Of a stretch of DNA of 64,000 nt, positions 63,002 to 64,000 are shown one piece after another. The notes under the pieces were generated by a model that did not search any database, was not told where the DNA came from, and saw nothing but the letters and a program-made list of their open reading frames with translations. Within the stretch, counting starts at the first letter, position 1, and each line of letters starts with the position of its first letter. Source of the DNA: Ignavibacteriota bacterium (GTDB lineage Bacteria; Bacteroidota; Ignavibacteria; UBA10030); NCBI GenBank assembly GCA_963701295.1, contig OY969585.1, positions 1,568,001-1,632,000 of the forward strand, written 5' to 3'. Both the position numbers and the translations under genes were made by a program.

Positions 63002-63351
63002 GTTTCCCACAGATCTGTCTCAAACCTATTGTCGAAGCCAACATAAGGGGTTGGCGTTAGTAGCGGTCTATCTATGGTGAGACATTTTTGGAAACCCAGA
63101 ATTCAATTGTCGTACTTGCTTTCCTAAGAGCATTTCGTTCTACAAAAAGGATTAATCCCTTTTTCATTCTTTCGAGCTATTCCCTCTTTTATAAATCATC
63201 ATCATAATTCATTAGTGGTAGTTAAGGAATACTCCTTACTCAAAGGATAGATGGTCGTTTTCTGAATGTGTATGCCAAGGGGATAATATCCCAAGCAGAA
63301 TAATGGTCCAAAAAAATATTAAAATATTCTGTACTCTCAAAAGGAAAAACT

Positions 63352-64000
63352 ATGCAAAAACTCATTGCAGTAGATGAACCAGAACGGCTTAATAATGCAC
63401 GATCCTATTTCCAGACGGCACGAGAGTATGGAATGCATGAACTTGATGTGACGCTCATCCGTCCGACTAATTACACGGACGATGGTTATCCGATTAAAAC
63501 ACGTATCGGTGTTATCCGCAGTAACACGTTAACGCAGATCGGAACGCTTGTCCACGATCTCGAGAAAGAATCTTTCTTTCATAAAGTCACTCTTAACATC
63601 CGCAAAATCGATGAAGCGATTGAGTGGATACCTATGAAGGATATCATCAAGCATTCCAAAGTTCCTGGTGTGAAATCAATCGTTATGCTCGTTGGTGTTC
63701 AAACAAACCAGTACCCTCGTGCGCTGGATATTGCTTCGAAGTTCTTGCCATACAAAATCCCGGTATTGATCGGAGGTTTTCATGTAAGCGGTATGCTCGC
63801 TATGATCGGCGTTACAGATGATCTTAAGGCTGCAATGTCAAAAGGAATCATTCTTGTTGCCGGAGAGGTCGAAGGGGGTCGGTTGTCTGTTGTTGTAGAA
63901 GACGTGCTCAGGGGGAGAACACAAACACTCTATAATTTTTTAAATCCCACACCCAATCTCATGGATCTTCCGATACCATATATTACGAAGAATGAATTTG
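63352..64000 (+). CDS. N-terminal part of a probable B12-binding radical SAM protein (runs off the window end)
   Basis: Not in the ORF track. AAGGA RBS; LIRPTNYTDDGY...SNTL...LVGVQTNQYPRALDIA...IGGFHVSG...AGEVEG. The CxxxCxxC motif is not within the window. Confidence 0.7.
   Translation, partial: MQKLIAVDEPERLNNARSYFQTAREYGMHELDVTLIRPTNYTDDGYPIKTRIGVIRSNTLTQIGTLVHDLEKESFFHKVTLNIRKIDEAIEWIPMKDIIKHSKVPGVKSIVMLVGVQTNQYPRALDIASKFLPYKIPVLIGGFHVSGMLAMIGVTDDLKAAMSKGIILVAGEVEGGRLSVVVEDVLRGRTQTLYNFLNPTPNLMDLPIPYITKNEF

Noticed and set aside
63017-63090. Nested hairpin (GTCTCA/TGAGAC enclosing GCCAAC/GTTGGC) as a possible riboswitch for the radical SAM gene
   Set aside because: No cobalamin or SAM riboswitch consensus recognised; its position right after a stop codon and the following T-run fit a terminator better.

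Overview
A 64 kb stretch of a bacterial chromosome using the standard genetic code. T9SS C-terminal sorting domain, FISUMP, GWxTD and BamA-type genes point to the FCB group, most plausibly Ignavibacteria-like (inference). It is mostly housekeeping and envelope genes: purA (partial), murA, eno, a phosphohexomutase, rlmD, an ABC-F ATPase, cstA, pncB, rnhB, rimO, cdsA and glycosyltransferases. Four regions stand out. (1) An AT-rich accessory block at about 9.9-14.35 kb has a TlpA-like redoxin, a FISUMP protein, a T9SS cargo protein with an in-frame palindromic insertion, a four-hairpin repeat, and a decayed FGE-sulfatase (CLec-fold) gene. Both CLec-type genes have 3' ends that look like DGR variable regions. 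(2) Two ECF sigma/anti-sigma modules, one with an in-frame amber stop. (3) An arginine deiminase-free arcE-like/OTCase/carbamate kinase operon. (4) A probable sigma54-linked signalling locus with two GcvH-like proteins lacking the lipoyl lysine, a CxxCH-bearing sensor kinase, an NtrC-type regulator and an archaemetzincin. This last locus is the best candidate for a poorly described system. Five genes carry nonsense or frameshift lesions. I found no rRNA, tRNA, CRISPR array, transposase, integrase or reverse transcriptase. All family assignments come from reading motifs by eye; no searches were run.
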